Positions 62,846-64,000 of a stretch of 64,000 nt of DNA are shown piece after piece. The notes below the pieces were generated by a model. That model was given only the letters and a program-made list of their open reading frames with translations, made no database searches and was not told the DNA's origin. Source of the DNA: Narcine bancroftii (Eukaryota); NCBI RefSeq assembly GCF_036971445.1, contig NC_091470.1:333374001-333438000 (forward strand), read 5' to 3'. The position numbers and the translations under genes are program-made. Each line of letters starts with the position of its first letter. The stretch's first letter is position 1.

Positions 62846-64000
62846 GTTAGCAAAAACTTTAGTTTCCAAAAAGTTACTGCAACTAAACTTGCCCTTCAGT
62901 GTACTCTCACCTCTTAGCCTTCCTTGGTACATGGAAAACAAACCCAAATGATCCTCTCTATCCTAATAACTGGAATGCTCTGTCCCAAGCAAGATTCTTC
63001 TGACTCTCCTTTGTACCCTCTCTAATCACAACCTGATCTCCAGTGATCTTGAACTATTACTGCTGGATAACGTCACAGTAAATAATGTGTGGAATGGCCT
63101 TCTCTGTTTAAATGAGGTTATGTACAGGCAGCCTGAAATTCCCTGTATGAAATTCAGGACAGAGAACTTCAATTCCCTCACAGAAAGCCTCTACAGCACA
63201 AGTTGCTCTTTTAAGACAGCTGGGGAACTCAAGGATTGTCATTGTCCCTTAACTGAGATGTGATGGTCAGGAAATGGCCAGCTCAAAGCAAACAAGGCAG
63301 TGGGTGAAAGGACAAGCTGGAAGATAAACACTGTTCCTATAGATGGGTTTCACAAGTATGAGCTGTGCTGACATCTGATGTACTGCATGCACCCCACCTG
63401 TGGGATATTTTACTCTAATATAGACCCAGCGTGCTACAATCATCAATGCACATGCTCCAATCCTCAGAGCTATCAATAAAAAATGTCTGCTTGAATCTGG
63501 ATTAAAAAGCCTGGCCTATGTCCCAGAGGAGGGGTGGGGGGGGGGGGGTGTGTATTTTTTCCTCCTGGTGATTTCACTGCCAAGTTGGAAAGGATATATT
63601 CTTCTGGAAAGGTGTGATTGGGAAAGAGGAACTATGACAGGACAGCCACAGTAGGCAGTGACCTGAGTTCATTCCTGTCCTCTGATGCTGTCTGTGTGGA
63701 GTTTGCACATTCTCCCCTTGACTGCATGGGTTTCCCCTGATTCTCCCACATCCCAAAATTTGGCAGGTTGTTCAGTTAATTGCCTTCAATAAATTGCCCC
63801 AGAGTGAAAGGGAGGGACATCATTAGGAGACAAGATAAATCAAAGTGGTAGGTGATTTCCCTGCCTGAGAATTCGAGAATCAGGAGTCGCAGTCTCCGAA
63901 TTGGACAATCTCAGTAGATGGCCCCCGAGTTCTTGAGCCGATGGGGGAAAATTATCAGAAACTGCCGAAACATGTGGAAATAGATTGTATAATGATGAAG

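Overview
Repeat-dense vertebrate genomic DNA. The mix of CR1, Penelope, tRNA-SINE and L1 repeats suggests a cartilaginous fish (inference). Most track ORFs are spurious or transposon remnants. Two host genes can be reconstructed on the + strand by splice-phase matching. (1) A 4-exon RBM43-like gene (2680-17963, 196 aa), with strong ISRE/IRF motifs around its first exon and a possible frameshifted C-terminal remnant near 37.7 kb. (2) The first four coding exons of a class I myosin of the MYO1D/MYO1G subclass (43749-62845, probably MYO1G), which continues beyond the window. The rest is mobile DNA, including three Gypsy LTR retrotransposons and a multi-level nest (CR1 > solo LTR > L1 > Gypsy plus a twin-primed L1). 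The most notable observations are two related Gypsy elements whose primer-binding position is complementary to their own LTR poly(A)-signal region (candidate tRNA-independent self-priming), and telomeric TTAGGG repeats placed exactly at the breakpoint of a truncated Gypsy. TE family names and homology calls come from recognised motifs, not database searches.
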